This document shows, piece after piece, positions 42,156 through 55,200 of a stretch of DNA of 64,000 nucleotides. Numbering within the stretch: the first letter of the stretch is position 1; each line of letters begins with the position of its first letter. The position numbers were made by a program, and so were the translations under genes. The notes below the pieces were generated by a model, which saw only the letters and a program-made list of their open reading frames with translations, was not told the origin of the DNA and made no database searches. The DNA comes from Pelagomonas calceolata (taxonomy: Eukaryota): assembly GCA_918797485.1 (NCBI GenBank), contig CAKKNE010000004.1, positions 2,108,001-2,172,000 of the forward strand. Reading direction: 5' to 3'.

Positions 42156-42361
42156 ATACTAGCTAAGGAAGACTTCAAGCAGCATGTAGTTATAGACATA
42201 GTCACGGCTTGGGCTGGGACTATTGGCTATGGGGGAACCTTGCCGTTGGGGGGCATGTGCAGTGTGTCGGTCGACTTGGGGGAGGGGGGAAAGGTGTACG
42301 GAGCGACGAGGCGTTGCGCCCCGCGCCGGGTAAGCCCTCGAGCCTCGGCAAGTGATTCTCC

Positions 42362-44764
42362 TCACGCCTCGACAATGTCCGATTTCGCGTCGGCGACCGC
42401 GGCCTTGGACGGGCCGCCGGGCTTCTCGCGCACGATCGGCGGATCGATTATCCCCGCGCGCTGCAGCGCGAAGTGGATGAGGAAGAAGCCCGTGGACATG
42501 GCGAACGCGACGGTCCACATCCAGGAGAAGTTGGTGTCCTTGTTCTTCTTGGGATAGTACCCGATCCGCTCGGGGCCCATCTTGGGGGTGCCGTCGTTGG
42601 CGTACGTGGTCGCGTTGAAGACCGTCGGGATGCCGGTGACCAGCTGGAGGAACGTCGCGATGGCGCACATGATGGCGCCGGCTTTGAAGTTGCGGTCCGT
42701 GCAGTAGCAGAAGATCGACGTTATGATGAGCGTGAACCACTCGCCGCCGCCCTGGCCCATCATCTCGATGCCCATGCCCACCGCGCCCCAGTTGCCCGCG
42801 TCCGCGCTGTCCCACCACTTGCCCGGCCCCGCCGACGTCCCGCCCTTCCCGTACTGCTCCAGGATGAAGTCGTCCTCGAGCCACGCTCGGGCGTAGTTGT
42901 TCCAGGTCACGCCGGGGTCGATGCGGAGCTTGGCCCAGTTGCAGAGGCACGGGAAGAGGCCGAAGAAGATCGCCGGGTAGTAGTCCGGCGGGTTGTCCTC
43001 GATGGCCTGGCGGCAGATGAGCAGGCCGACGAAGATGAGGAGCGCGCCGTTCGCGCACCCGGGGATCACGCTGTAGATCGTGGCGAACATGCCGCTGGTG
43101 AGGAAGATGAAGTAGATCACGCCGTTGATGACCGAGTAGCCGCGCTTGGCACCCAACGTCTTGTGGATGGGGTGGCCGATGTAGACCGTCGTGCCGTAGA
43201 ACGAGCCAAACAGCGCGCCGAGGCACGTGCCCACGCCGTCGATGACGAGCGTCTCGGCCATGGGGTAGTCGTCGCCGGCCGCGGAGGCCGACTCGACGCC
43301 GGCGAGCGACGCCGCGAAGCCGACGACGGCCACGACGAGGATGAGGCCCATGTACACGCCGATCTCTCCGATGCCTGTCCCAACGTCCGTGAAGATGCCG
43401 CCGCCCCACGACGAGACGTCCCCGGCGAACGTGCGGTACGCGTACGACGCGTCGTGCTTGGACGTGCCCGCGCACGTCGAGTACTTCTTCGAGTTGCCGT
43501 ACATGCGCCGGTTGCCGGGATTGCCCGAGCGGTGGCCGAAGAACACAATCCCGTCCGTCTTGTCCGCGACCTCCGACCACGAGTCGCCGTAGTTGTACAT
43601 CTCGACCGCGCCGTTCTTGTGCGCGCAGCCGCCGGCCCAGCCGAAGATGATGGAGGCCAAGATCGCGACCACGGCGATGGGAATCGTGAACGACTTGCCG
43701 ATCTTGTACTTGACGCCGCCGAAGAAGCCGCAGACGACGATGAGGAGCGGCACGAGGCAGACGATCGGCTCGGCCGCGATTTCAATCATGGGCTTGAAGG
43801 CCAGGTACACGAAGCCGACGCCGGTCAGGAGCGAGTAGTAGGCCGGGGGCGGGATGACCGCGCGGATGGGCTCCGCGAAGAGGCACCCGAGGATCTCGAA
43901 GATGCCCGTGACGAAGTTCGCGGCGACCGCGATCGCGAAGGCTTTGTCGGCGGCGTCATGGCCCGCTTCGGCGGGGTTGCCGTCGTCGTTGCCGCTGCCA
44001 AACACCTTATCTATGTTCTTCTGGTCGAACACCTGGGCGAAGAGGGCCTCGAGGTTGATGGCGCCGAGCGTGATGAACGCGCCCGTGGTATTAATGCCGT
44101 AGGGCTGCGCCGTGACGTCATCCCTATTTTCCTTGTAGGCCAGTCGACCGGCCATGTAGGCGTAGTAGACGTTGCCGAAGAGCAGGCCGATGGACACGCC
44201 GGGGATGCACCGCTCGTAGTACAGCGTCGTGTACCGGTCCGAGATCGCCTGGGCGTATTCCTCGCTGATGCCAGCCGCCCCGTTGTAGACGAGAACGTTA
44301 AGGAAGAAGCCCAACATCAAGTCCGTGACGCTCAGCAGGGTGGCGAGGCAGTCGAAGAAAAGCTCGCCGAGCGCCTCGGCCTCGCCGGCGCCGGCCCAGA
44401 TGCCGCCGATGCCGCCTGCGGTCGCGATGGGGTGAGGGGGCGCGCGCGAGGTGTCCTCTCGAAGTGCGCGGCGTCCTCGGAACGGCCGGAGGCCTCGGCC
44501 GCGAGACGCGCAGGAGTCCCCTCCCTTCCGAGCGCCGGCGCGCAGGAGCAGCGCGGCGAGCGGTGGGTCTCATCGATGATGCGCCGCGCGGCGGGCGCGG
44601 CGGGTTTACGGGGCGGGCGCGCGGGACGCACCGTAGTTAAAGTTCCACAGCAACCACGGCGTGTCCCCCCACCAGGTCAGGGGGTTCTCCAAGAGCTTAC
44701 GCTCGGGGCGCGCCTGCGCCATGTCAATGACATCATTCTTGGTGGGTTCCGCGGCCTCCGCCAT
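42362..44764 (-). CDS. NCS2/AzgA-like nucleobase-ureide permease (~728 aa); exons 44764-44632 and 44415-42362
   Basis: A 216-bp GTGCGT...CGCAG intron (44416-44631) joins MAEAAEP...FNY to GGIGGIWAGAGEAEALGELFFD. Family motifs VTAQPYGINT, GVESASAAGDDYP and FGSFYGTTVYIGHP.HK.LGAKRGYS; many TM segments; strong GC3 bias. Confidence 0.85.
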
Positions 44765-45198
44765 GGTGGGCAGCGTGGGCGGAATTTGGCGCCCGCAGCG
44801 ATTGGAACAGCCTTCGTCTAGTATGATAATAGGTGAAAGTTGCAGCTTCATTGTGTGGAACCCCCGGGGCGGTGGTGTGGAGGGGGCAGCCTGCAGAAGT
44901 CCCTGCGCCATACTTGGTGCTTGCAGATCGAGCGCTGGCTTCTTCGCCTCGCTGGCGTCTCGTCCGGGCACTGAGGACGCGTCGCACTCCTCTCGGATGC
45001 GTTTTCTTCGCTTTTGGGCCTTGTGTGGCGCTTGGAGGACGATCGACTTCGAAGAAACCCGACGAACAAGCTGCGCTCCGCGCTGCGCTGCTCGTCGTCC
45101 CTGGTGTACATCACCGCGAGTCCGTCCGCGTTTTAGGGGTCTCATTCTCTCGGTGTTGCGCGCGCAACCCCCTCTCTACTGCGCATCTGTCCAAAAGC

Positions 45199-46146
45199 AT
45201 GCATCTCAAGCTAAAACTCCTCAGCGGCCGCGGCGCCGTGGTGCACCGCATGGAGCTGGGAGACCGCTGCTCCTCCTACGTCAAGCTGCGCGAGACCGTC
45301 AGCGCGCTCACCACCGAGCCGCTCGACCTCTTCTACGTCGACAACGAGCAGGACGTCTGCAAAGTGACGACCGACCAGGAGCTCAAGGCCTCGTTCGATC
45401 GCGAGGCGCGGGCGCTCGACGGAGTCGCGACTTTCGTCGCGGCGCCCCCGGGCACCGCGGCCGGCGCCGTGCGCGCCTGCGCCGCGACGACGGCCGCCAC
45501 CGCGACGGGCGCGGGCGAGGTCCACGTCAACGTGACCTGCGACGGCTGCAACATGTCGCCGATCGTCGGGCCCCGCTACAAGTGCCTCGTGAGAGATGAC
45601 TACGACCTCTGCGTCCGCTGCAACTCCCTCGAGGCCGAGCCGTTCCCCAAGGTCCGCGTCCCGGCGGCCAAGCTCCGCGTCTGCCGCCGCCGCCGCCCGG
45701 CCCCCTGCGCCGAGGCCGCCGCTGAGGCGTCGGCGGCTATGGAAGCCGCGGCCGTGGCCGCGGCCGCCGACATCGCCGCGGCCGACGAGGCAGCCGCGGC
45801 CGCCGAGCGCGTCGCCGTCAGCGAGTCGCTCGAGTCGGCGACGGCCGGCGCCCCTGTGCCCGCCGCCGAGCCCGAGGGCAACACGGCGCTCGGCCTCGAC
45901 AACCTCCGCATCGCGGTGCAGGCGTCCCTCGACGACGCCCCGCCTGCGCCGCCGAGCGGGTGGGAGGACGTCGGCGACGACAAGGTCCTGGCGGCGCTCC
46001 GCAGCCTCGAGGCGATGGGCTTCGTCGATTCGCTCGGCGCCGACGCCTGCCTCGCGCGCGTCCAGATGCACATGACGTCGTCGGGCGCCGTCGACCTCGA
46101 CGCAGCCGTCGCGGACCTCGTCGCGCTCATGAAGGGCTCCGCCTGA
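45199..46146 (+). CDS. p62/SQSTM1-NBR1-like selective autophagy receptor (PB1-ZZ-LIR-UBA)
   Basis: PB1 with basic K and acidic YVDNEQD; ZZ finger [33 protein letters not shown]-like SGWEDV; UBA-like LRSLEAMGF. Confidence 0.8.
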   Translation: MHLKLKLLSGRGAVVHRMELGDRCSSYVKLRETVSALTTEPLDLFYVDNEQDVCKVTTDQELKASFDREARALDGVATFVAAPPGTAAGAVRACAATTAATATGAGEVHVNVTCDGCNMSPIVGPRYKCLVRDDYDLCVRCNSLEAEPFPKVRVPAAKLRVCRRRRPAPCAEAAAEASAAMEAAAVAAAADIAAADEAAAAAERVAVSESLESATAGAPVPAAEPEGNTALGLDNLRIAVQASLDDAPPAPPSGWEDVGDDKVLAALRSLEAMGFVDSLGADACLARVQMHMTSSGAVDLDAAVADLVALMKGSA

Positions 46147-46292
46147 GCAACCTCCCTTATTCCCTCCCCGCGCGCCCTTGTCTATCTATCCCCCAACGTT
46201 ACGTGTAAACATCAATGAATGTTACTGGGCCTTGTGCATCGTGCTGGGTGGGTGGTCCGCCGGGGTTAAACTGCGCGCGCAGTCCCGCGGAC

Positions 46293-49200
46293 CTACTGGA
46301 AGTCCTCGAACTCGTCGTACAGCGAGTCGCCGGACCGCGACGAGTACGACCGCGACGACCGCGACGAGTACGAGTCGTCGTCGTCGCCGCCCGCCATGGA
46401 GCCCCACTGCTGGCCGCCGAGGCCGTCGCCGCTCGCGCGCGCGAGGCGCCGCTTGAGCTCCGCGTTCTCGTCGGCGAGCTGGCGCTCGCGGTCGCCCTCA
46501 CCGTCCTCCTCGCCGAGCGCCGCGCGCCGGAACTCGTCCCAGGACACGCGGTCGGCGTCCAGCGCCGCGAGCGCGCTCGCCACGTCGGCGCGGAACTCCG
46601 TCGCGTCGTTTTCGCCGCCGCGGACATCCTCGGAGAAGCCAAGGGCCCCCGCGAAGCCCCCGTCGTCCCGGAGCGCCTGGACGACCTCCGCCGTGGCCAC
46701 GGTCCCCTCGCGCTCCGTGTCGACGCGCTGGAAGATGGCCCAGAGGTAGTCTTCGAGCGCGCCCTGGGGCTGCGGACTTTGGGCCGTCTCCGGCGGCGAG
46801 CCCGCGATGGGACTCAAGGGAGGCACAAGCGGGTGCGGCGGCGACTCGGCGCGCGGCTGCGTGACGGGCTCCAGGATCTCCTCGCCGCCGCTCGAGTCCG
46901 TGACCTCGGGCGTCGGCGCCTTGGCGGGCGCGTCGTCGGCGGCGAGCTCGAGGTAGGTCCGCGGCACGTAGCCCGCCTCGGCGGCCTTCGCCGCGAAGAT
47001 CCAGCCCTGGGCCTCGTCGGCGTGCTCCTCCACCAGCACGAGGAGCGTGTCGCCCTCGGCGAGGTCCATCTCCGGCGGCTCCTCCATCGCGAAAGCTCTA
47101 CGTGCGCGCGCGCGCGCGAGCGCGCCGCCGTCCGGCGCGTCGGCGCCCTCGGCGTCCCTTCTGGCTTCCCAGTAGAACTCGGGCGTCGGCGCCGCCGGCG
47201 CCGCCTGAGCTCTTTCGTCGTCGGCCGCCACGAGGAAGTGCCGCGGCACGTAGCCCGCCTCGCGCGTGGACTTCGCCGCGAAGACCCAGTCGTCGCTCGA
47301 CGCGCGCTTGGCCGTGTTTATCATGACGCGGTCGCCCGCGTCGAGCGACATCTCCGCCGCCGACTCCGCCGCGAAGGCGCTCCGCGCGATGACGACGTCG
47401 AGACCGCGGCCGGGGTCCGTCGGGCTCGCCGGCGCCGCGTCGGGCTCGATCTCGCGGCGGGCGAGCCAGTAGAACTCGGGCGTCGGGTCCCGCGGCGCCG
47501 CCGCGGCCGGGTCCGTCGCCGCGGCCGGCTCGGCTGTGGGCTCCTCGGTCGGCTCGACCGCCGGCTCCGCGGCCGGCTCGGCTGTGGGCTCCTGAGTAGG
47601 CTCCTCGGCCTGAGTAGTAGGCTCCTCGGTCGGCTCCGCGTCCTGTTCGGCTGTGGGCTCCTCGGTCGGCTCGACCGCCGGCTCCGCGGCTGGCTCGGCT
47701 GTGGGCTCCTGAGTAGGCTCCTCGGCCTGAGTAGTAGGCTCCTCGGTCGGCTCCGCGTCCTGTTCGGCTGTAGGCTCCTCGGTCGGCTCGACCGCCGGCT
47801 CCGCGGCTGGCTCGGCTGTGGGCTCCTGAGTAGGCTCCTCGGCCTGAGTAGTAGGCTCCTCGGTCGGCTCCGCGTCCTGTTCGGCTGTAGGCTCCTCGGT
47901 CGGCTCGACCGCCGGCTCCGCGGCTGGCTCAGCCGTCGGCTCTTCGACCGGCTCGGCCGTCGACTCCTGAACAGGCTCCTGAGTAGGCTCCTCGGCCTGA
48001 GTAGTAAGCTCGTCGGCCGGCTCGGCCGTAGGCTCCTCCTCCGCGGTCGGCTCGGCCGTGGGCTCCGCAGTCGGCTCCGCGTCCAGTTCGGCCGTGGGCT
48101 CGGCCGCTGGCTGCTCAGTATGCTCCTCAGCAGGCTCTTCGGTTGGCTCCTCGGTCGGCTCCGCCGTTGGCTCCGCGGTCAGTTCGGCCGTGGGCTCCTG
48201 GGGAAGCTCTTCGGTCGGCTCCGACTCCGCGGCCGGCTCGGCCGTAGGCTCCTCTGCCGGCTCCGCGGCTGGGTCAGCTGTGGGTTCCTCGGTCGGTTCG
48301 GTCGCCGGCTCCTGAGTAGGCTCCTCGGCCGGCTCGGCCGTGGGCTCCTCAGCAAGCTCCTCAGTAGGCTCCTCAGTAGGCTCCTCAGCAGGCTCCTCAG
48401 CAGGCTCCTCCTCAAGCAACTCAGTGTCCGGTTCGGCTGTGGGCTCCTGCGCAGGCTCCTCGGTCGGCTCCGCTGGTGGCGCCGCCGTCACTTCCTCCTC
48501 CGCCGCGGGTGGCGCCGCGGCCGCTTCGTCCGCGGCCGGCTCCACGACGACGACGGGGGCGTCCGCCTCCTCGATCTCGCCGAGCGCCGCGCGCCGGAAC
48601 TCCTCCCAGGAAACGCACTTGTCTCCATCGGAGTCAAGTGCGGCCAGCGCCAGCGTCAGGCGGTCCTTCGAGCCGTCGCTGGCCTTGACCCGGGTCGCCT
48701 CCTCGAAGCCCAGGAGCTCGGCGAATTCATCGTCCGTGCGCAGGGCCTTGATGGCCTCCACGACGGAGATCTCGCCGTCGCCGCCCGTGTCGACGCGGTC
48801 GAAGACCTGGCGGAGGTACGTCTCGAGCGCGCTCAGGTTCGCGTCGGTGGCGGCGGGCTCCTCCGGCGTCGGCGCTGCGGGCTCCTCCGGCGTCGGCTCT
48901 TCGTCGAGCGGCTCCTCCGCGGGCTCCGAGGGAGTGGGCTCGTCGAGCGGCTCCTCCTCCTCGGCGGGGAAGTACTCCGGAGCCGCCGCCGGGCTCTCCG
49001 CGACGGCCAGCGGCGGCGCGGGCGCCGCCGCCAGCGCGACGGGCGGCGCCTCCACCGCGGGCGCCGGCTCCGGCGCCGGCGCCTCGGGCACGGCCTCGGG
49101 CGCGCGCGCCGGCGCCGGCGCCAGGACCGGGAGGCCCAGCGGCGGCGCCGCGGCCGGCGGCGCGAGGAGCGGGACGAGCCGCGGCGACGGCCCGACCGGC

Positions 49201-52200
49201 GCCTCGCGGACAACGTCGCGCGGCGCCGGGATCGGCGCGGGCGCGACGGCAAGCGGCGACAGGACCCTGCGCGCCGGCGCCGGCGCCGGCGCGCCGAGCG
49301 CGGCCCTGAGCGTCGCGTCCTCGTCGCCGTAGTCCACCCGCTTCGGCGCGACGCGGACGACCTTGACCAGTTGGCACTTGAGTTTCGTGAACCGGCCCTT
49401 GCCCTGCAGCAGCAGGTGGTCCACGACGGCGCGCCCCACGTCGTACGCGTCCTCCGCCCAATCCTTGCCGACGAGCGCGGCGTGCGCCCAGTCGAGATCC
49501 TGCGCACCGAGCACCAAATGGCAGGGTTTGCCCGCGTCGTGCGGGAGGACGTCGCAGGTGATGGCCGCGTCCGTCCGCGAGCACGTGACGGCGCAGCTCC
49601 GCCCATTTAGTAATGCATCTTCAACGACGATCGGAAACGTCTTGACCGGCGCCGGCACGGGCGCCTCCACCAAACGCGGGCTCGCCGGCCGCGACGTCGA
49701 CACCTCGAAGTCGTCGCGCGCCGTGATCTCGGACGCGTCGTCGGCGAAGACCGGCTTCCGCGGGGCCGGCTCCGGCTCTACGGGCTCCAGAGGCAGCGCG
49801 AGCGGCGCGGCGACCGGCTCGGCAGTGACGGGCTCGGCCGTCGGTTCGGCCGGCTCGGCCGTCGGCTCCGCGCTCGGAGCCTCGGGCTCAGTGGGGCTCT
49901 CCTCGGCGGGAATGACCGGCTCTGGAGTTGCTTCCGCGGCCTCTTCTTCGGTCGGCTCGGCCGTCGGCTCGGCCGTCGGCTCGGCCGTCGGCTCGGCCGT
50001 TGGCTCGGCCGCAGGCTCGGTCGTGGGCTCGGCGAGAGGCTCCGCCGTGGGCTCCGCAGTGGGCTCCACAGTAGGCTCTGCGGTCGGCTCGGCCAGAGGC
50101 TCCGCCGTGGGCTCCGCAGTGGGCTCCACAGTAGGCTCTGCGGTCGGCTCGGCCAGAGGCTCCGCCGTGGGCTCCGCAGTGGGCTCCACAGTAGGCTCGG
50201 CCGTAGGCTCCGCCGTGGGCTCCACAGTGGGCTCCGCTGTCGGCTCGGCCGTAGGTTCCGCGGTCGGCTCGGCCGGAGGCTCGGCCGGAGGCTCGGCCGG
50301 AGGCTCGGCCGTGGGCTCGGTCGTGGGCTCCGCAGTGGGCTCCAAAGCAGGCTCGGCCGCAGGCTCGGCGGCAGGCTCGATGCTAGCCTCGGCCTCGGCC
50401 TCGACGGCCGCCTCCCGCGGCTTCTCGCCGCCGAGCGCCGCGTACCGGAACTCCCGCCAGGACACGACGCCGTCCTCGTTCACGTCCATGGCCGCCAGCG
50501 TCGCACACAAAACGTCGAGCGACCCGTCGTCCGCAGTCGCGCGGTGCGTGCCCCAAAATCCCAAGACCTCGGCAAAATCTTCGTCCTCCCGCAGCCCGCG
50601 CACGGCGTCCTCTATCGTAATATAGTCCTTGGACTCGACGTCGATACTGTCGAAGACGCGGCGCAGGTGCTGGTCCACGCGCCGCTCGTGCATCTCGTCC
50701 AGAGCGTTCTGGAGGAACGCGTCCCGGAAGTCGGCCCAAACGACCCGTTTTTCGCCGTCCCAATCCAATGCATCGCAAAATTCCGCCGCGAACTCGCCTC
50801 GAGACATGTCTGAACCATAAAACCCGGCCTCGTCCGCGAACTCGGGATCCTTCAGACCCTGTACAAGTTCGGCGTAGGACAGCTCCCCGTCGCCGTTCTT
50901 ATCTACTCTGTCGAAGACCATGCGCAGGTACTCCTCATATTCTCGCATGTGCTCCGCGAACGGATCCTGGACAGTAATTTCTTCGCCGAGCGCCGCGCTT
51001 CTAAGTTCGGCCCAGGACACCTTCCCGTCGCAGTTCTCGTCCAGCGCCGCCAGGACGACAGCCACGTGCGTCATCTCGCCCTCCGTCTGTATAAGTGTAG
51101 CCCCCTCGAAGCCTAGTAATTGAGCGAACTGATCATCACATTGTAACGCCTCGACGCACTCCTCGATTGAAATAAAACCGGACCCGTCCCTATCGACGCG
51201 CTCGAACACATTCCTCAGATGGATCTCGAGCCGCGTCTTCGCGAAGGCCTCTACAGCGACAGCTAAAGCCGGCACCCGGAACTCGTCCCACGTGATTTCA
51301 TTATCATCGTCCCAATCTAACGAGGATAACAACCTCTCAACAAACTCGATTGAGGTAAGACCGCTGCCCGATAAACCGAGGGCGTCGGCGACGTCCTCGT
51401 CCCGCAGCGCCTCGGCGATTTCCCCGTACGATAACGATCCCGATTGATCTTCATCAATCCGCTCGAAGACGGCTCGGAGGTAGTTCTCGTAGTTTTGCAT
51501 ATACATGTCCATTTCTGATGGAGGTGGGGGGAACACAACAGCTCTAAACTCGCTCCACTCGATCACGCCGTCCTGATTCGTATCCATCTCCACCAACTTC
51601 TCGATCAGGTACTCGAGCGAGCCGTCGAACTCGTTCGCTTGATGGGTGGAGAAGAAGCCCAGGACTTCCGCGAAGTCCGGATCATCTCTCAGACCTTGGA
51701 CCGCATCATCAATAGTTATCGTGCCGTCGCCCCCTTGGACCCGGTCGAAGACATCTCGCAGAGCCGCCTCCATGCGGCCCTCGTGCATCGCAGTTAGTGC
51801 TGACGCTAATGCGGCTTCCCGGAACTCCTCCCACTGCACCTTGTAGTCCTCGTTCCAGTCGCACACCTCCAGGAATTGTTGAGCGAACTCTTCCCGAGTA
51901 ATGCCAGAGTCAACGAACCCCATCGCATCGACCGCAACCTCCGCGAAGTCCGGGTCGTTTAAAGCTGTCACGAGTTCCGCATACGACAAATCACCGTCGC
52001 TATTCGAATCCGCTCTTTCAAATAAAGCTCTGAGATACGTCTCGTAGTCTCGTAGGTAGTCGGCAAACGGATCTACTGGAGGCAAGAACGCCGCGCGAAA
52101 CTCCTGCCACGAGATCCGATCAAGACCACTCGACATCACAGCAACAGCACTCTCGAGCTGCGTACTGCTTTCGTCCGAGTCGAAGCCAAGCATCGCCGCG

Positions 52201-55200
52201 AATTCTTCATCACATCTAACAGCGGTGACGGCCTCCTCCCTATCTATATGACCATCTCCGTTACTATCGACGCGATCGAAGATACGTCTGAGGTACGTCT
52301 CCAGGGCATCTGGCGAGGTAGTCGCGTCGTCGCCTTCATCTTCGTAGACGCCCGCACTACGTAAAGCGTCGCCGTAATCATCAGACGATCGACGCACAGC
52401 CTGCTCCGAGTCCATGGAATCCCTTCTAGAAGCCTTGAGGACGTATTTTTCGTACGAGGCGTCGTCCATCATCGCCTCGCTATCGTCAAAGGACGACGAA
52501 AAACTCTTCTTCTGTTGCGACGGGGTTAAATCACCGCCCGTTCTTCCCGTGCGCAGCTCGCGCCCCGAAGCTTTGGCTGGACTGACGAGGGACGGTTGTC
52601 TTTCCCTCGCGAACGGGCTTGGTGCTTCCTCCTCGGTCTCGAGGCTCAGCGTCTGCAGCGGGCGCTTGCGTCGAGGTTCTGTTTTGGGTCGTCTTGTTGG
52701 ACTGGCAGAGCGTCCATACACGGATGTTCGCTCAAACAACCCCGCGGCGGACTCCTCGTCCCTGTCGACGCCGCACGTCGACGGTCGCACCCTTACTTTC
52801 TTCATGGGCGACTCCTGCCTTATGCTCAAATCGATGGTCGAGGAATAGATTTTGGAGGTTCTCTGCTCGATCTTCTTCTTGCGCCTCATTCTTATTGATA
52901 CAATTAGTTTTTGCTTCCGTTTGTACGGCGACGCCTTGGGCGGCCTTAGTTTCTGCAGCCGAGGTGTGGAAGGTGGTTGAAAGGCCAGACCGTACCCGAA
53001 ATAAGTAGGCTTCTCCTTGCCTCTAGGTCTCTTCACGGGATCCGGCGACGCCGGCCGCCCGTCGTCCCACGCCTCCATATCCGACAAAATAGCTCGCAGC
53101 TGGGCCTCGTAGTTGTCGCAGGACATGATGGAGATGTCGTCCTGGATCGGTCTTCTCTTCTTGCGCTTCGGCGTCCCATCTCTAGATCGCAATCGGGCTC
53201 TTTCCCGCGCCTCCGCGGCTCGAGCGTCTTTCTCAAATTGTGCTGCTTCGCGCTCCGCCTCCAGGGCCTTGCGCTCGAGTTCCTCCGCTTCCTTGCGCTT
53301 CCTTCGAGAATCGACGCGCTCCTTGGCCTTTTCGCGCGCTGCTATAACCCTAGGATTTTCTTCTACCTCTACCTTTTCCTCCTTCTTGTCCGTCTGGCGC
53401 ATGAAGTGCATGAACTCGTCAATCGACACCTCGCCCGACGAATCCTCATCTAGAGCCCGCCAGAGACCCTGCAAGGCGACGAGCGAGACGTACGACGGCT
53501 TTAAGCTCAAACCGCCCTGCGTGCCGTTCGCTCTTACTACTCTTTCAAATTCATCAAAGCTGAGCATATCATTCTCGTTCTCATCAATGGCTCTGAAAAT
53601 TTTATACCAGCTGAAGTGCCCATGGTAGAACTGCCTAGCCGCCTTGTTTATAACCTTGATCACATCATCGAGACCCTTCTTGCTGAGTCTCGGCCAGCCC
53701 TCGAGAATCAACAAGTATAAACCGTGCTGAAATTCACTAAGTGTGACCTCGCCACTCTTGTCGTGGTCGATGTACGTCCACAAGGCCTGCAGCTCCTTAT
53801 CTGTTGTTTGTGGTACTTTGAGCTCATCCCTCACGGCCTTCGTGAACTCAGGATAATCTAGTCTCCCGCTGAAATCAGCGTCAATTTTCTTGAACAAGGT
53901 CTCCCAGTTCTTGGCCATGCTCCCCTTGTTGTCCCAGGAGGCACATACCTTAGTCATCGTCTCGATCAATCGAACCACGACGGCGCGTAGTTGGTCGAAG
54001 GGCATCACCAACTCATGTTCTTCGTGCGTCGATGGTTTTTGGTTCTCGATCGTTCGACCGGTCGCGTACTTCTGCTTGGGTTCATGATGGCCGGACAATC
54101 GGCGTTCCGCGGCTTGTCGCGCCGCCTCCGCTTTCTTCTCCGCGGCGGCGCGCATCTCGACCTGCTGCTTCTCATCCTCCGTGAGCTCGACCGGAGGTAG
54201 AGCCGCCTCCTCCGTGCGCATGAAGTGCATGAACTCGTCGATGCTCACGCCGCCTGACGAATCTTCGTCGAGCAGCTTCCACAAGCCATGGAGTTCCTCG
54301 AGGCTCACTTCGTGCGGTTTTAGCGACATGCCGCCCTGCGAGCCGTTCGCCCGGATCATTCTTTCAAATTCATCGTACTCGAGGCGGTCGTTCTCGTCCT
54401 GGTCGATAGCTTTAAAAACCTTGTACCAGCTGAAGTGGCCGGGGTACCACTTCTTGGCGGCCGCGTTGATCGTAAGCACCACCCGCTCCAGACCCTTATC
54501 CTCAAGCGGGGCCCAGCCCTCGAGGATCAACAAATACAAGCCGTGCTGGAACTCGGCGATGGTCACTTCCGCGCTCTTGTCGTGATCCACATAAGTCCAC
54601 AATGCTTTGAGTTCCTCGTCCGTCGTGTCGGGCACTTTGAGCTCCTCCCGCACGGCTTTCACGAACTCGGGGTAATCGAGGCGGCCACTGAAGTCGGCGT
54701 CGATGCGCTTGAAGAGTATCTCCCAATTTTTGTTCATGGAGCCCTTGTTGTCCCAGGACGCGCAGACCTGTGTAGCGTGATCGTTTGGTATATATATATC
54801 GTGTGCGTGTGCCGAGCAATGTATGTGTATGTGCATATATATATATATATATATCGGCCAAATGGCAGACGCCGGGTACGCACCTTGGTCATCGTTTCTT
54901 GCAGGCGGACCACGACAGCTCTTAATTGTTCGAAGGGCAGCACGCACTCGTGCTCCGCGTGCGTCGTCGGCTTGATGTGCTCGATGACGCGCCCCGTCGC
55001 GTACTTCTGCTTGGGCTCATCATCAAGACCCGAGAGCCGGCGCTCGGCGGCCTGGCGCGCCGCGAGCGCGCGCTGCTCCGCCTGTTCTTGCAGTTCCGCC
55101 TGCGTGAGCTCCTCGGCCGTCTTTTCGGCCTCCGGCAGCTCCGCCTCGCCCAGGCGCATGAAGCCGACGAATTCTTCGACGCTCACGCCGCCCGAACAAT

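Noticed and set aside
42473..44821. 782-aa plus-strand ORF
   Set aside because: Antisense shadow of the GC3-biased permease; it has no recognisable motifs.
46215..49610. 1131-aa Arg/Leu/Gly-rich plus-strand ORF and the Ser/Ala/Gly-rich ORFs at 48340-50625
   Set aside because: Antisense read-through of the EPTA repeats in the giant EF-hand gene.
54734..54947. ORF-track termini containing YIYIYI peptides
   Set aside because: Translation through the (TA)n-containing intron at 54768-54883; the two ORFs are one gene.
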